A stretch of DNA of 64,000 nt from Bacillota bacterium (GCA_050261135.1 JBLNCZ010000015.1:16941-80940), one strand, 5' to 3'; shown: positions 10,211-20,361, counted from the first letter of the stretch. A program made the numbers and translations. The notes: a model not told the origin generated them from the sequence alone.

Positions 10211-11583
10211 GGAAGCCCCTCCACCATTCGCTCCACGAGCTTTGCGAGCCCGACCGAGTTGGACGCCTTGACCAGCACCGCGTCGCCGGGCCGGATGATC
10301 CGCATCAGCCGGTCGGTAGCGTCGTCGACGTCCTGCGCCCGCCACACTTCCGTCTGGCCGTAGAGGGCCTGAGCGAGCGGAACCATCTCCTCGCCGATGA
10401 GAATCAGACGGTCGACGTTGGCGGCGCGGACGGCCGGCGCGAGGCCGGCGTGGAGCGCGGGGCCGTGCTCCCCGAGCTCGCGCATCGGGCCGAGCACGGC
10501 GATGCGCCGCTGCACGTCCTTCTCGCTGCCGAGGCTCTTGAGCGTCGCCGCCATCGAGGCCGGGTTGGCGTTGTAGCTTTCGTCGATCAGCAGCACTTCG
10601 CCGCCGTCGAGCTCGAGCATATGGCGCTGCCCCCTCCCCTTCAGCCCGCCGAGGTCGGCGAGCGCGAGGCCGGCCACCGCGACATCCTCGCCGAGCGACT
10701 CGACCGCCGCGAGGACGGCAAGCGCGTTGGACACCCAATGCTCTCCGCGCTGCGAGATGGTGAAGGTCAGCTCGCGCTCCAGCAGCACGGCGCTGATCAG
10801 GCTCCCGCCCCCCTCGGCGCTTACCGCGTGCACCGCATGGACGTCGGCATCGCCGCTGCCGAAGGTGATGATGCGGTCGGCGTAGCGGCGCGCCGCCTTC
10901 ACCAGCCGGTCGCGGTGCGGCGTGTCGTTGGGGATGATCGCGATCCCGTCAGGCTCGAGCCCTTCGAAGATTTCGGCCTTCGCGTCGGCGATCGCTTCTT
11001 CCGAGCCGAGATTCTCGATGTGCGCGGGAGCGATGGCGGTGATGAGCGCGGCGTGCGGGCGGACCTGCGCCGTCAGCGCGCGGATCTCGCCCGCATTGTT
11101 CATGCCCATTTCGAAGATTCCGAACTCGGTGTCGCGCGGCATGCGGGCGAGGCTCAACGGGACGCCGGTGTGGTTGTTGTAGCTCTTGACCGACCGGTGG
11201 ACCTTGCCCGGCCGGTTGCGGTCGAGCGCGGCGTAGAGCGCTTCCTTGGTGCTGGTCTTCCCGACCGAGCCGGTGACGCCGATGATCGTTGCATTCACCC
11301 GTTCGCGCGATGCGCGGCCGAGCGCCTGGAGCGCCGCGAAGGTGTCGTCGACGAGCACGTGCGGACCGTTGACGGGCCGAGACACGATCGCGCCGGCCGC
11401 GCCCGAAGCGAATGCCGCGTCGACGAACTTGTGCCCGTCGTGGACGGTGCCGGGCATGGCGACGAACAGGTCGCCGGGGCCCACCTCCCGGCTGTCGAAG
11501 GTGACGCCGGTGACTTCGAAGCCTTCGCTCGCCGCGCCACCGGTTGCGGCAGCGATCTCGTCGGAGGTCCACAGCGCGCTCAA
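10198..11583 (-). CDS. murF: UDP-N-acetylmuramoyl-tripeptide--D-alanyl-D-alanine ligase
   Basis: ORF 10198..11592. Contains [13 protein letters not shown] and P-loop [13 protein letters not shown]. Probable start is TTG 11583, overlapping the murE TGA (TTGA); the longest-ORF start is GTG 11592. Confidence 0.94.
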   Translation of the reverse strand: MSALWTSDEIAAATGGAASEGFEVTGVTFDSREVGPGDLFVAMPGTVHDGHKFVDAAFASGAAGAIVSRPVNGPHVLVDDTFAALQALGRASRERVNATIIGVTGSVGKTSTKEALYAALDRNRPGKVHRSVKSYNNHTGVPLSLARMPRDTEFGIFEMGMNNAGEIRALTAQVRPHAALITAIAPAHIENLGSEEAIADAKAEIFEGLEPDGIAIIPNDTPHRDRLVKAARRYADRIITFGSGDADVHAVHAVSAEGGGSLISAVLLERELTFTISQRGEHWVSNALAVLAAVESLGEDVAVAGLALADLGGLKGRGQRHMLELDGGEVLLIDESYNANPASMAATLKSLGSEKDVQRRIAVLGPMRELGEHGPALHAGLAPAVRAANVDRLILIGEEMVPLAQALYGQTEVWRAQDVDDATDRLMRIIRPGDAVLVKASNSVGLAKLVERMVEGLPCST

Positions 11584-12995
11584 GCCGCGCACTCCCGCGC
11601 GACGAGCGCGTCGTCGAAGGGAAGCACGCGGTCGCCGACGATCTGTCCGGTCTCATGGCCCTTCCCGGCAACGAGGACGATGTCGCCGTCCCGCGCGATG
11701 CGGATGGCTTCGGCAATGGCTTCGCGGCGGCCCGGCACTTCGGTCGCTCCGGGCGCGCCGGCCATGATCGCCGCGCGGATCTTCGCCGGGTCCTCGCTCC
11801 TCGGATTGTCGTCGGTCACGATCACCAGGTCGGACATCGCCGTCGCCACTCTCCCCATTTCGGGCCTTTTGCCCTGGTCGCGGTCGCCGCCGGCGCCGAA
11901 GACGGTAATCAGCCGCCCCTCGACATGCGGGCGAAGCGCGGCAATCGCCGCCTCGAGCGCATCGGGCGTGTGCGCATAGTCGATATAGACGGGGACGCCT
12001 TCGCGGCTGATCACGGCCCGCTCGAGCCTGCCGCGGACCGGCGCGACGCGCTGCATGGCGGAGAATACCCGGTCGAAGCCGATTCCGCTGGCCATCGCCA
12101 GGCCTGCCGCGACAAGGACATTGGCGGCCTGGTAGGCGCCGATCAGCGGCAGGGAGAGCTTGAGGCTGCGCCCGTCATGCTCGAGCAGGAGCGCCTGACC
12201 GAGCGGAGTCGCCGAATGGTCGACGAGGCGGATCGTCTCACCGCTGCGGCCGACGGTCATCACCTTGTGCCCGCGCGCCGCCGAGCGCTCGATCACCTCT
12301 TCGGACTTGGGGTCGTCGGTCCAGATCACGGACGGCCTGCCGGGCTCCAGAAGCTCGTCGAACAGCCGCATCTTGGCTTCGAAATAAGCATCCATCGTCT
12401 GGTGGTAATCGAGATGGTCGCGGCTGAAGTTGGTGAAGGCGGCGGCGGCCAACGGAACGCCCTCGCAGCGGTGCTGGTCGAGGCCGTGGCTGGACGCCTC
12501 ATAGGCGACGTGGGTCGTGCCCATGCGCTTGAGCCCCGCCATATTGTGCAGGAAGGTGACGATGTCGGGCGTGGTCAGACCCGTCTTCACCTGGTCGTCC
12601 GACGTGGTCACGCCGAGCGTGCCGATCGAGGCGGAGCGGTGCCCCGACATGCGCCAGATCTGGCGAGTCATCTCCACGGTCGAGGTCTTGCCGTTGGTGC
12701 CGGTCACGGCGACGACCGTCTCCGGATAGGGCGCATAGAATTTGGCTGCGAGCTCTGCAAAGAGCCTGCGCGGCGCAGGGTCGGCGAGGAGCGGAACGCG
12801 CTCCGCTTTCGCCTCGGGGCGCGCGACCACGGCGACGGCGCCGCGCTCCACCGCTTCGGGAATGAAGTCCTCGCCGTTGAACACCGCACCCTTGAACGCG
12901 CCGAAGACGCTGCCTTCGACGACCTTGCGATGGTCAATGGCAAAGCCGGTCACCGGTGAATCGGAATCGACGTCAGCGATGTCCCGCAATCTCAC
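11580..12995 (-). CDS. murE: UDP-N-acetylmuramoyl-L-alanyl-D-glutamate--2,6-diaminopimelate ligase
   Basis: ORF 11580..12995. Contains P-loop VTGTNGKTST, the DYAHTPDALE motif and the DNPRSEDP motif typical of mDAP-adding MurE. Confidence 0.95.
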   Translation of the reverse strand: MRLRDIADVDSDSPVTGFAIDHRKVVEGSVFGAFKGAVFNGEDFIPEAVERGAVAVVARPEAKAERVPLLADPAPRRLFAELAAKFYAPYPETVVAVTGTNGKTSTVEMTRQIWRMSGHRSASIGTLGVTTSDDQVKTGLTTPDIVTFLHNMAGLKRMGTTHVAYEASSHGLDQHRCEGVPLAAAAFTNFSRDHLDYHQTMDAYFEAKMRLFDELLEPGRPSVIWTDDPKSEEVIERSAARGHKVMTVGRSGETIRLVDHSATPLGQALLLEHDGRSLKLSLPLIGAYQAANVLVAAGLAMASGIGFDRVFSAMQRVAPVRGRLERAVISREGVPVYIDYAHTPDALEAAIAALRPHVEGRLITVFGAGGDRDQGKRPEMGRVATAMSDLVIVTDDNPRSEDPAKIRAAIMAGAPGATEVPGRREAIAEAIRIARDGDIVLVAGKGHETGQIVGDRVLPFDDALVARECAA

Positions 12996-13001
12996 GCCGG
13001 C

Positions 13002-14729
13002 TCAGTCCTTCTTCGCGTCTTGCTTGGCGTCCTGAACGAACGGCAGCACTTCGGACATGTTGGGCTCGCGGTGCATGTCGGGCGCGACACCGAGCATCGG
13101 CGCGATCCGGCTGACGGTGCGGCTGACCACCGGCGCGACGTTCCAGCCGGCTGTGGTGAAGCCGTAGGTTTCCGGCGTGGCGTGGGGCTCGTCCAGCATG
13201 ACGACGATCACATAGCGCGGGTCGTCCATCGGGAACACACCGGCGAAGCTCGTGATGTTGATCGACTGGCTGTAGCGCCCGTTGATGATCTTCTGCGCGG
13301 TTCCCGTCTTTCCTCCGACGCGGTAGCCGGGCGCGTCGGCTTTCTTTCCGGTCCCCTTCATGACGACGAGGCGGAGCAGCGAGCGCATCCTGTAGCTGGT
13401 ATCGGCCGTGAAGACGCGCCGGCCCGGCGGCAGCGGATGGTCAGGCCCGACCTTCAGGATGGTCGGCGGATGATAGATTCCGCCATCGAACAAGGTCGCA
13501 TAGCCCATCGCCAGCTGCAGCGGCGCGACCGCGATGCCCTGGCCGAAGCCGATCGTCATCGTCTCGAACGGTCCCCAGCGCGAGCCGGGCGTCAGCGGGC
13601 GCCCCTTCTCCTTGAGCTCGATCTCCGCCTTGTCGAGGAAGCCCATCTTCTTGAGCCAGGCCTTCTGGCGCGCGGTGCCGAGCTGGTCGGCCATCTGCGC
13701 CATTCCGATGTTCGAGCTTTCCATCATGATCTCGGCGACCGAGCAGCGGCGGCCGAACGGATGGGTGTCGTGGACGAGGTGCCCGTAGGCGGGCAGCACG
13801 TCGGGGCAATTGTAGATCTGGCCGGGGCCGGAAACGACGCCGGAGTCCATCGCCATCGCCAGCGTGAACGGCTTGAAGGTCGAGCCGAGCTCGAAAACAC
13901 CCAGCGTGGCGCGGTTGAAGAGCTGGTCGGGGCCGCTCTGCCCCGGCGCATTCGGGTTGAAGCTCGGCAGCGAGGTCATGGCGAGGATCTCGCCGGTGTG
14001 CACGTCCATGACGACGCCCGCGGCGCCGATGGCCGAGAAATGCTGGCGCGCTTCGTCGAGCTCCGCCTCGAGCGCCTGCTGGACCCGGCTGGAGATGGAG
14101 AGGACGAGCGGCCTGCCGCGGGTGCGCGGGTCGGAGAGGTAGGAATCGAACGCGCGTTCGACGCCCGCCGCGCCTTTGCCGTCGATGTCGGTGAAGCCGA
14201 GCACATGCGCGGCGAGCGTGGTCTGCGGATAAAGCCGGTCGGGCTCGCGCTCGATCGCGACACCCGGCTCACCGATGGCGTTGACCGCTTCGACCAGCTC
14301 GGGAGAGGCACGGCGGCGGAGATAGATGAACGGCTTGCCCGAGCGGAGCAGGCCAAAATATTCGGCCGCCGAATGCTCGGGCATCAACTGGGCGAGCTTC
14401 TGCGCGAGCGCGAGCTTGTCGCCGATCACCTTGTTCGGGTGAACGGCGATGGTCCAGGCATCGATGGTGCGGGCGAGCGGCTGGCCGTCGCGGTCGAGGA
14501 TGTCGCCGCGGTCGGGAACGAGCGCGGTCAGTCCCTGCTTGGCGCCGGCATGGTCACCGAAGGCCGCGAGGTAGAGGATCCGCAGCGCAATCAGCGCGAT
14601 CAGCCCGGCATACACCAGCATGCCGAACATCAGACGCTGGTGCATCACGGCGAGCATTTGACGCCGCTGGCCGACGAGTCGGAGCCGCTCGGGCCGGGGC
14701 GCGACGAGAGCGGGCTGCGGAGCGTTCAT
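13002..14729 (-). CDS. ftsI: Peptidoglycan D,D-transpeptidase FtsI (PBP3)
   Basis: ORF 13002..14729. N-terminal TM anchor, then a transpeptidase domain with STFKPF (SxxK), SSN and KTGTA motifs. ATG 14729 overlaps the ftsL stop (ATGA). Confidence 0.94.
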   Translation of the reverse strand: MNAPQPALVAPRPERLRLVGQRRQMLAVMHQRLMFGMLVYAGLIALIALRILYLAAFGDHAGAKQGLTALVPDRGDILDRDGQPLARTIDAWTIAVHPNKVIGDKLALAQKLAQLMPEHSAAEYFGLLRSGKPFIYLRRRASPELVEAVNAIGEPGVAIEREPDRLYPQTTLAAHVLGFTDIDGKGAAGVERAFDSYLSDPRTRGRPLVLSISSRVQQALEAELDEARQHFSAIGAAGVVMDVHTGEILAMTSLPSFNPNAPGQSGPDQLFNRATLGVFELGSTFKPFTLAMAMDSGVVSGPGQIYNCPDVLPAYGHLVHDTHPFGRRCSVAEIMMESSNIGMAQMADQLGTARQKAWLKKMGFLDKAEIELKEKGRPLTPGSRWGPFETMTIGFGQGIAVAPLQLAMGYATLFDGGIYHPPTILKVGPDHPLPPGRRVFTADTSYRMRSLLRLVVMKGTGKKADAPGYRVGGKTGTAQKIINGRYSQSINITSFAGVFPMDDPRYVIVVMLDEPHATPETYGFTTAGWNVAPVVSRTVSRIAPMLGVAPDMHREPNMSEVLPFVQDAKQDAKKD

Positions 14730-15499
14730 CGGCCGGTAGGTGCGTCCTTGGTTTTGCCTGAATGCCTGGCCGGCAGCGGCGCAAGCGGATCGACCTTCGC
14801 AACCTGCACCCGCTTTGTCACCGGCTTGGCCGGCGCAAGTGCAAGCTTATCCACGGATTTCTTTTGGGCGGGCGCGGCCGCCCCGGCGGCGTGCGCCGAA
14901 GGCGATTTTGCAGGCTGAGATTTGGCGGCCGCGAGGCCCGGCTTATCCGCGGACTCGAAAGGCGCCGGCTTCGCCGCCGTAACCGGCTTGTCCACGGACT
15001 TCGTTTCAGCCGTGCGGGGCGTTGCAACGACCTTCTCTGCCGGGACCTCGCGCGTCTCGGTCTTCAAACTTGCCTCATGCAGATATGCCGCCGGATTGGC
15101 CGAGGCCGGCGCACCGGCTTCGTCGGTCGCGGGAGCGCCGATCTGCGGCTTCTGCGGAGCGGGAGCGGATGCGAGCACGACCGGGGCCTGGAAGTCGGCC
15201 TGGGGCTCGGGCCGCGTGAGCTTGGCGAGCTCGAAGCTGCTCGGCACGAACTGCGTGGCAGCCGGCGCAGAGAGCTCAAACGCGCCGGCATTCCAGCGCT
15301 CGAGCTGCGACAGGCGTCCGCGCGTTCCGATCTCGGTCTGGAGCAGCCGAAGGTCGCTCTGCGTCGAGACGATTTTCGCCTCGACCTGCTCGAGCGCCGC
15401 GCGCTCCGAAGCGACGCGGAGCGAAACGAGATAGCAGCTGAGTGCCGCGCCGGCGCAGCTGGCGACCATGAACAGCGAGCCGAAGCTGCGAGTGCTCAT
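14726..15499 (-). CDS. ftsL: FtsL-like cell division protein with a long Ala/Pro/Lys-rich C-terminal extension
   Basis: ORF 14726..15499. N-terminal TM ([20 protein letters not shown]) plus a coiled-coil ([27 protein letters not shown]), in the ftsL slot between rsmH and ftsI. About 170 aa of low-complexity tail follow. Both ends have ATGA overlaps. Confidence 0.75.
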   Translation of the reverse strand: MSTRSFGSLFMVASCAGAALSCYLVSLRVASERAALEQVEAKIVSTQSDLRLLQTEIGTRGRLSQLERWNAGAFELSAPAATQFVPSSFELAKLTRPEPQADFQAPVVLASAPAPQKPQIGAPATDEAGAPASANPAAYLHEASLKTETREVPAEKVVATPRTAETKSVDKPVTAAKPAPFESADKPGLAAAKSQPAKSPSAHAAGAAAPAQKKSVDKLALAPAKPVTKRVQVAKVDPLAPLPARHSGKTKDAPTGR

Positions 15500-16452
15500 T
15501 GCAGGCTTCCCTTCCGGGCTGGAGCGTTGGTGCGGACCGCGCTTCTGAGCCGCGCCGAACGCGCCCGGGGGTTCGCCGCCAGCTCGCGCTCCGTCGGGGA
15601 AACCGGCTTGGCGACCCGCTCGAACGTGGGTTCGGTCGGGTCGACAAGCGCGGGACGGTGGCGCGAACCGGCGGGAGTCCCTCCGCTGCGTTCGCGGAAG
15701 AAGCGCTTGACGATACGGTCCTCGAGGCTGTGGAACGTGACTACGGCCAAGCGTCCGCCGGGGCGAAGGGAACGCTCGGCCGCAGCCAACCCCTGTTCGA
15801 GCTCGTCGAGCTCGGAATTGAGATGGATGCGGATGGCCTGGAAGGTGCGGGTCGCCGGGTCGCTCTTCTGGCCCGGCCGGAAGCCCGCCGCGCGGCGCAC
15901 GATTGCTGCCAGCTCGGACGTGCGCTCGATGGGGCGCTGGGCAACGATGGCGCGAGCGATCGCCCGGGCGCGCGGCTCCTCCCCATAGTCGCGCAGGACC
16001 CGGGCGATCTCGGCCTCCTCGGCCGTGTTCAGATATTCGGCGGCGGTCAGGCCCGACTTCGACATGCGCATGTCGAGCGGCCCGTCGGCCTGGAACGAGA
16101 AGCCGCGCTCGGCACGGTCGATCTGCATCGAGCTGACGCCGATATCGAGAGCGATGGCGTCGACCTGGCCGATCCCGCGCTCCTCGAGCACGCGGTCCAT
16201 CTGGCTGAAGCGCTCTTCGACGAGCGTCAGGCGCGGGTCCGGGACGAGTGATCTGCCAGCTTCGACGGCTTCGGGGTCCCTATCGAAGCCGATCACTCGT
16301 CCCGCCCCCGCCGCGAGCATGGCCTTCGTGTAGCCGCCCGCTCCGAATGTGCCGTCGACGAGCGTGTCGCCCTCACGGATGGCAAGCGCGTCGATCACTT
16401 CACTGACCAGCACCGGCACATGTGGGGCCGTGTTCGCACCGGTGCTGGTCAT
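15496..16452 (-). CDS. rsmH: 16S rRNA (cytosine1402-N4)-methyltransferase
   Basis: ORF 15496..16992 trimmed to ATG 16452, overlapping the mraZ stop. Contains [32 protein letters not shown] and [13 protein letters not shown]. Confidence 0.95.
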   Translation of the reverse strand: MTSTGANTAPHVPVLVSEVIDALAIREGDTLVDGTFGAGGYTKAMLAAGAGRVIGFDRDPEAVEAGRSLVPDPRLTLVEERFSQMDRVLEERGIGQVDAIALDIGVSSMQIDRAERGFSFQADGPLDMRMSKSGLTAAEYLNTAEEAEIARVLRDYGEEPRARAIARAIVAQRPIERTSELAAIVRRAAGFRPGQKSDPATRTFQAIRIHLNSELDELEQGLAAAERSLRPGGRLAVVTFHSLEDRIVKRFFRERSGGTPAGSRHRPALVDPTEPTFERVAKPVSPTERELAANPRARSARLRSAVRTNAPARKGSLQ

Positions 16453-16937
16453 GACGCCCTCCGCTCTTCGAGGCGGAAGCGGGCGATGTCCTTGAGGTCG
16501 TCGGGGATGCGCGGATCCTTCAAAAGAAGGTCCGGGTTCCAGATCTGGAACGTCTCGCCGGTACCGAGGAACAGGGCGAGATCGGCGATCTCGCCCTTCC
16601 GGCGCATCATCGGGGGCATGAGGATGCGGCCGGAGCTGTCGTACGGGACTTCCTCGGTAGCGGCGAAAGCCATGAGGTTGCGCTGCTGATATTCGAGCTG
16701 CGCGTCGGGGTTTGTCTCTTCCTTCTCGAGCAGCCGCTCGAGCTTGGCGTGCTTCAGCGCCGCGTAGCCGGGATCGTAGCCGCTGAGGCAGGGGAAGGCC
16801 TCGTGCTTGGCAAGGACGATGGTGCGCGCGTCGCCGCGGCGTTCGATGACGGAGCGGAGGAATGCGGGAATGGAGACGCGGCCCTTTCCGTCGACCGCGT
16901 TCAGCGCGCTGCCCTGAAACAGATGCTCTAGCGCCAC
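16449..16937 (-). CDS. mraZ: Transcriptional regulator MraZ
   Basis: ORF 16449..16967. Two SpoVT/AbrB-like halves ([13 protein letters not shown] and [13 protein letters not shown]). Start chosen as GTG 16937 because AGGGGAG lies about 6 nt upstream; the longest-ORF GTG at 16967 is the alternative. Confidence 0.9.
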   Translation of the reverse strand: MALEHLFQGSALNAVDGKGRVSIPAFLRSVIERRGDARTIVLAKHEAFPCLSGYDPGYAALKHAKLERLLEKEETNPDAQLEYQQRNLMAFAATEEVPYDSSGRILMPPMMRRKGEIADLALFLGTGETFQIWNPDLLLKDPRIPDDLKDIARFRLEERRAS

Positions 16938-17063
16938 CTTCACTCCCCTTCGCAGCGCAAGCGGCACCGTTCGCGGAATCGCGCGTCGTCACGCGCGCCG
17001 CGTCAGCTTCGAATCAACGGGTCAGCCCCCCGCGCTACACTCCTGTAGGTAACTCAACGAGTT

Positions 17064-17110
17064 GCGGGATACAATGGGATTTTGTGGGATTTGATGGGAA
17101 TTAATGGAAA
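17064..17110. promoter_or_regulatory. Five direct repeats of nTGGGAt with exact 10-bp phasing; candidate MraZ operator upstream of mraZ
   Basis: Plus strand reads GCGGGAT(17064) aca ATGGGAT(17074) ttt GTGGGAT(17084) ttg ATGGGAA(17094) tta ATGGAAA(17104). The block lies 100-170 nt upstream of the mraZ start candidates in a locally AT-richer spacer. Confidence 0.55.
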
Positions 17111-17199
17111 GCGGCGGATTTCCGCGGCTTTTCCGTTCCTTCCTGTGGGGATGTTCCAACCTTGTTCCGGCGTCCCTCCGTTGTGGATAAGTCTGTGAT

Positions 17200-17937
17200 T
17201 TAGCGAATCGGCTGTTCGAGCCGGGCAAGCTCTTCGAGGAGGCCGTCGAGATTGTGGGCCGCGTCATCGCCCAGCCGGTCGCCGGCAAGGAAATCGGCAT
17301 CGGCCAGCACGATCGCGCGGCCCTTGCCGATCCGGCAGTCCGCCTCGAGGCGATCGTTGCTGATTGCGCAGCCGCCGGAGAGCTGGCCCGGGGAGAGTGT
17401 CAGGACCTTGTACCGGCCGAGACTTGCCTCGCTCTCCCCGCGCCGCTCGGGGCTGTCGAGCCGCAGCCCCCAATGGGCGAGCAGCCCCGTGTCCGCGAAC
17501 ATCATTACGGGGCGGAGCGCATCCCCGAGCGGGCGTTCGCTCGGCCATTCGAGCATCGGGTCGGCGAGCAGGAGGAGGCGCCCGCCGGCGCGCACCCATT
17601 CGTCGAGCGCCACGAGGTCCTCGGCCGGCTGCGCCCGCGGCTGGGCCATCAACAGCAACCGCCCCTTTGCAAGCTCGGCCGGCTCGGCGACGCTGATCGG
17701 GACCACCCGATAGCGCGTCTCCAGCGCTTTCAGGGCCGCCGAACCGTTGTCGTGGAGCGAAAAGCCCTCGCCGAAGACAAGCGGGAGGCTGGTGAGCAGC
17801 AGCAGTTTCGGGCGCTCGTTCTCCGCCCGCGCCGGCAGCGGCTGCGGACTGCCGCTGCGCGAAAGCGCAAATCCGCCGATGGCGACGAGAATGGCGGCGA
17901 GAAGGAACAGGAGCGCTGCGCGGCGCCCGGGGATCAT
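17200..17937 (-). CDS. Hypothetical membrane-anchored periplasmic protein
   Basis: ORF 17200..17937. N-terminal TM (AALLFLLAAILVAIGGFAL) followed by a soluble domain. High-GC3 codon use. Its start overlaps the stop of the upstream small gene by 4 nt. I cannot name a family confidently. Confidence 0.7.
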   Translation of the reverse strand: MIPGRRAALLFLLAAILVAIGGFALSRSGSPQPLPARAENERPKLLLLTSLPLVFGEGFSLHDNGSAALKALETRYRVVPISVAEPAELAKGRLLLMAQPRAQPAEDLVALDEWVRAGGRLLLLADPMLEWPSERPLGDALRPVMMFADTGLLAHWGLRLDSPERRGESEASLGRYKVLTLSPGQLSGGCAISNDRLEADCRIGKGRAIVLADADFLAGDRLGDDAAHNLDGLLEELARLEQPIR

Positions 17938-18170
17938 TTCTTCTTCGCGGCGCTGTTGTTCGTGCTGTCGTCCGAACCCCCCGGAGCGACACCCACCTCG
18001 GCCAGCGGTTCGCTCGGCTCGTTGGTCGTCACTTGGGCGGCCGCGTTCGAGGGCTCGTCATGGCTCGAGCGGCTGATGATCGAGCCGAGGAGCACCAGAA
18101 GGAACGCGAAGGCGAGGCCGGTCAATCCGATGCGAATGCGCTGCGCGCTGCTCCCAGCCTGATGCGCCAT
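17934..18170 (-). CDS. Small single-pass membrane protein, hypothetical
   Basis: ORF 17934..18251 trimmed to ATG 18170 (MAHQAGSSAQRIRIGLTGLAFAFLLVLLGSII...). It is translationally coupled to the 17200..17937 gene. Confidence 0.55.
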   Translation of the reverse strand: MAHQAGSSAQRIRIGLTGLAFAFLLVLLGSIISRSSHDEPSNAAAQVTTNEPSEPLAEVGVAPGGSDDSTNNSAAKKK

Positions 18171-18254
18171 TGATCGACGAAGCGTATGTCTCAGTTCGAC
18201 AATATGCAAGCAGGCGGCTTGACGCATGTTGTTCTGGCCGCAAAGGGGCAAGGC

Positions 18255-18650
18255 ATGACTCGCACTCCCCTGCTCATCACGCTTGCCGCCGCCGCAGCGC
18301 TAGCCGGCTGCAACAAGCAAGACCACACGATCGTCGCCGGCGGCCCGCCCGCCGACGCCGACGCCAATGCCGCCGTCAACGCGCCGGTGGCGCTGCCGCC
18401 TGCGATCATCTCGACCAAGCTTTATCGCTGCGCCGACAATAGCGTCGTGACGGTCGATTATCTGTCCGACAACAAGTCGGCCAACGTCCATGTGGGCAAG
18501 GATAGCGCCGCAGCGCCGGTGCAGGTGACCGCGGCCGAGCCGGGCAAGCCGATGACCGCCGAAGGCGGCTATTCGGTCGAAGGCTCGCCGACATCGTCGA
18601 GCGCCAGGATCGCCGTCCCGGGCCACTCGTCACAGACCTGCAACGCCTGA
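18255..18650 (+). CDS. Lipoprotein, hypothetical (two-Cys small beta-type domain, possibly MliC-like)
   Basis: ORF 18186..18650 trimmed to ATG 18255. Signal peptide plus lipobox (LAAAAALAGC). Conserved-looking YRCADNSVVTVDY...SSQTCNA. The MliC-like guess is weak. Confidence 0.7.
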   Translation: MTRTPLLITLAAAAALAGCNKQDHTIVAGGPPADADANAAVNAPVALPPAIISTKLYRCADNSVVTVDYLSDNKSANVHVGKDSAAAPVQVTAAEPGKPMTAEGGYSVEGSPTSSSARIAVPGHSSQTCNA

Positions 18651-18665
18651 CCCGAGCTTGACTAA

Positions 18666-18706
18666 CCCTCTGCGGCCCTCCCACAGCGGCCGCAGAGGGA
18701 TTCTTC
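18666..18706 (+). terminator. Stem-loop terminator candidate after the lipoprotein gene
   Basis: Perfect 12-bp stem CCCTCTGCGGCC (18666-18677) / GGCCGCAGAGGG (18688-18699) with a 10-nt loop, followed by ATTCTTCC. The right arm also contains the GAGGGA Shine-Dalgarno of the next gene. Confidence 0.5.
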
Positions 18707-18708
18707 CA

Positions 18709-20361
18709 ATGTTGATCACAAGGCGCGCATTCACCGGTGGAGCGCTGAGCGTTGCGCTCGGCAGCCAGCTTGCGGTGCCCGCGCGTGCCCAGGACCCCAA
18801 GCTCGCCGCCGCGCTCGCCGCGATCCGCGCCTACGGCCAGGCGCATGTCGACCATTTCCGCCTGCCTGGGATGACGCTCGGGCTCAGCATGCCCGACGGG
18901 TTCGGGACGGTGATGAACTTCGGCTATGCGAACGCCGACGCGCGCACGCCGATCACGCCCGACACGCTGTTCCAGATCGGCTCGATCAGCAAGTCGATGA
19001 CCGCGAACCTGATCCACCAGTTCGCCGCCGAGGGCCGCTTCTCGCTCAAGCAGCGCCTGTCGGACCTGCTCCCCGAGATCCCGCTGCCGAGCGGCAATGC
19101 GATCACGATCCAGAATTTGCTCGACCATACGGCAGGGCTGCCGGACGGAGCGCCGATGTTCGCAGAGGGAGGCCTGTGGACCGGCTTCGCGCCGGGCACG
19201 CACTGGTCCTATTCGAACACCGGCTATGCGATCCTCGGCAAGCTCGCCGAGCATGTCGGGGGCAAGCCGCTCGACCGCCTCTTCGCCGAGCGAATCTTCA
19301 CGCCGCTCAAGATGCGCCGGTCGCACGGCGCGATCGTCGCGCACGAGCGCACGCTTTATGCGCAGGGCTATGAGGCCGCGGACGAGCTGCCGTTCGCGAT
19401 CGGCGTCCCGCTTGCGCCTGCTGCGTGGGTCGACGTGACCGAAGGCGCAGGAAGCGTCGCGTCGACGGCGGAGGACATGTTCGCCTGGATGCGCAACCTC
19501 GCCAACGCCGCGCAGGGGCGCGGCAGCGTCGGCCTGACGCCCGAGCAGGCGCGCGCCTATGCGACCCATGCGGTCCCGAGCGACGACCACGCGATGAGCT
19601 ACGGCAATGGGCTGATGCACGTCGGCAACGACGGACGATCCTACCTCCACCACACCGGCGGAATGGTGAGCTTCGCTTCGTCCTTCCACGTCGACGTGGC
19701 GAGCGGGGCCGGCGCGTTCGCGAGCTCGACGATCAGCGCCTTTGCCGAGTACCGGCCGCGGCTGCTGACGCGCTTCGCGGTCGATGCGCTGACCAATGCG
19801 GCCGCCGGCCGGCCGCTTCCCACTCCGCCGGCGCTCGGCGTGCCATTCACCGGCGGCGCCGCCTATGTCGGCTCCTACGCCGGCCCGGCGGGATCGTTCG
19901 AGGTCCGTGCCGGCAATCCGCTGACCATCGTTGCCGACGGCCAGTCGGCGCCGCTGCAGCCCTGGGGCGGATACTTCTTCCGGACGACCCATCCGTCCTT
20001 CCGCGCCTTCACTCTGATGTTCGAGCGCAAGGGAAGTGCAGTCACCGCGGCAAGCTGGGGGCCCAACAGCTATGTTCGCGCCGTCACTAGCGCGAAGGTG
20101 CCCGCCTCCAATCCGGAGCTTGCGAAGCTCGCCGGCCGCTACGTGAACGACAGCCCATGGCTCGGCCTCGCGCCTGTCGTGGAGCGCGGCGGGCGGCTGT
20201 GGCTGGGAACCGAGGTGCCGATGCAGCCGATCGGTCCCAACCTGTGGCGCGTCGGCGACGAGAGCTGGTCGCCCGAGCGCGGCTCCTTCGCCAATTTCAT
20301 CGACGGCCGGCCGCAGACCTTCATCTTCTCCGGTGAGAAGTTCGCGCGCCACGACATCTGA
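18709..20361 (+). CDS. Serine hydrolase of the beta-lactamase / penicillin-binding (class C-like) family, Tat-exported
   Basis: ORF 18658..20361 trimmed to ATG 18709. Twin-arginine-like leader [15 protein letters not shown]. SxxK motif (GSISKSM) and YxN motif (WSYSNTGY) are present. Confidence 0.85.
   Translation: MLITRRAFTGGALSVALGSQLAVPARAQDPKLAAALAAIRAYGQAHVDHFRLPGMTLGLSMPDGFGTVMNFGYANADARTPITPDTLFQIGSISKSMTANLIHQFAAEGRFSLKQRLSDLLPEIPLPSGNAITIQNLLDHTAGLPDGAPMFAEGGLWTGFAPGTHWSYSNTGYAILGKLAEHVGGKPLDRLFAERIFTPLKMRRSHGAIVAHERTLYAQGYEAADELPFAIGVPLAPAAWVDVTEGAGSVASTAEDMFAWMRNLANAAQGRGSVGLTPEQARAYATHAVPSDDHAMSYGNGLMHVGNDGRSYLHHTGGMVSFASSFHVDVASGAGAFASSTISAFAEYRPRLLTRFAVDALTNAAAGRPLPTPPALGVPFTGGAAYVGSYAGPAGSFEVRAGNPLTIVADGQSAPLQPWGGYFFRTTHPSFRAFTLMFERKGSAVTAASWGPNSYVRAVTSAKVPASNPELAKLAGRYVNDSPWLGLAPVVERGGRLWLGTEVPMQPIGPNLWRVGDESWSPERGSFANFIDGRPQTFIFSGEKFARHDI

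Noticed and set aside
13020-14918. 632-aa plus-strand ORF
   Set aside because: It is antisense to ftsI and ftsL. It has no motifs, and FtsI on the other strand carries the SxxK/SxN/KTG motifs.
18406-20352. 648-aa minus-strand ORF
   Set aside because: It is antisense to the beta-lactamase-family hydrolase, which has a Tat leader and SxxK/YxN motifs. The ORF has junk-like composition.
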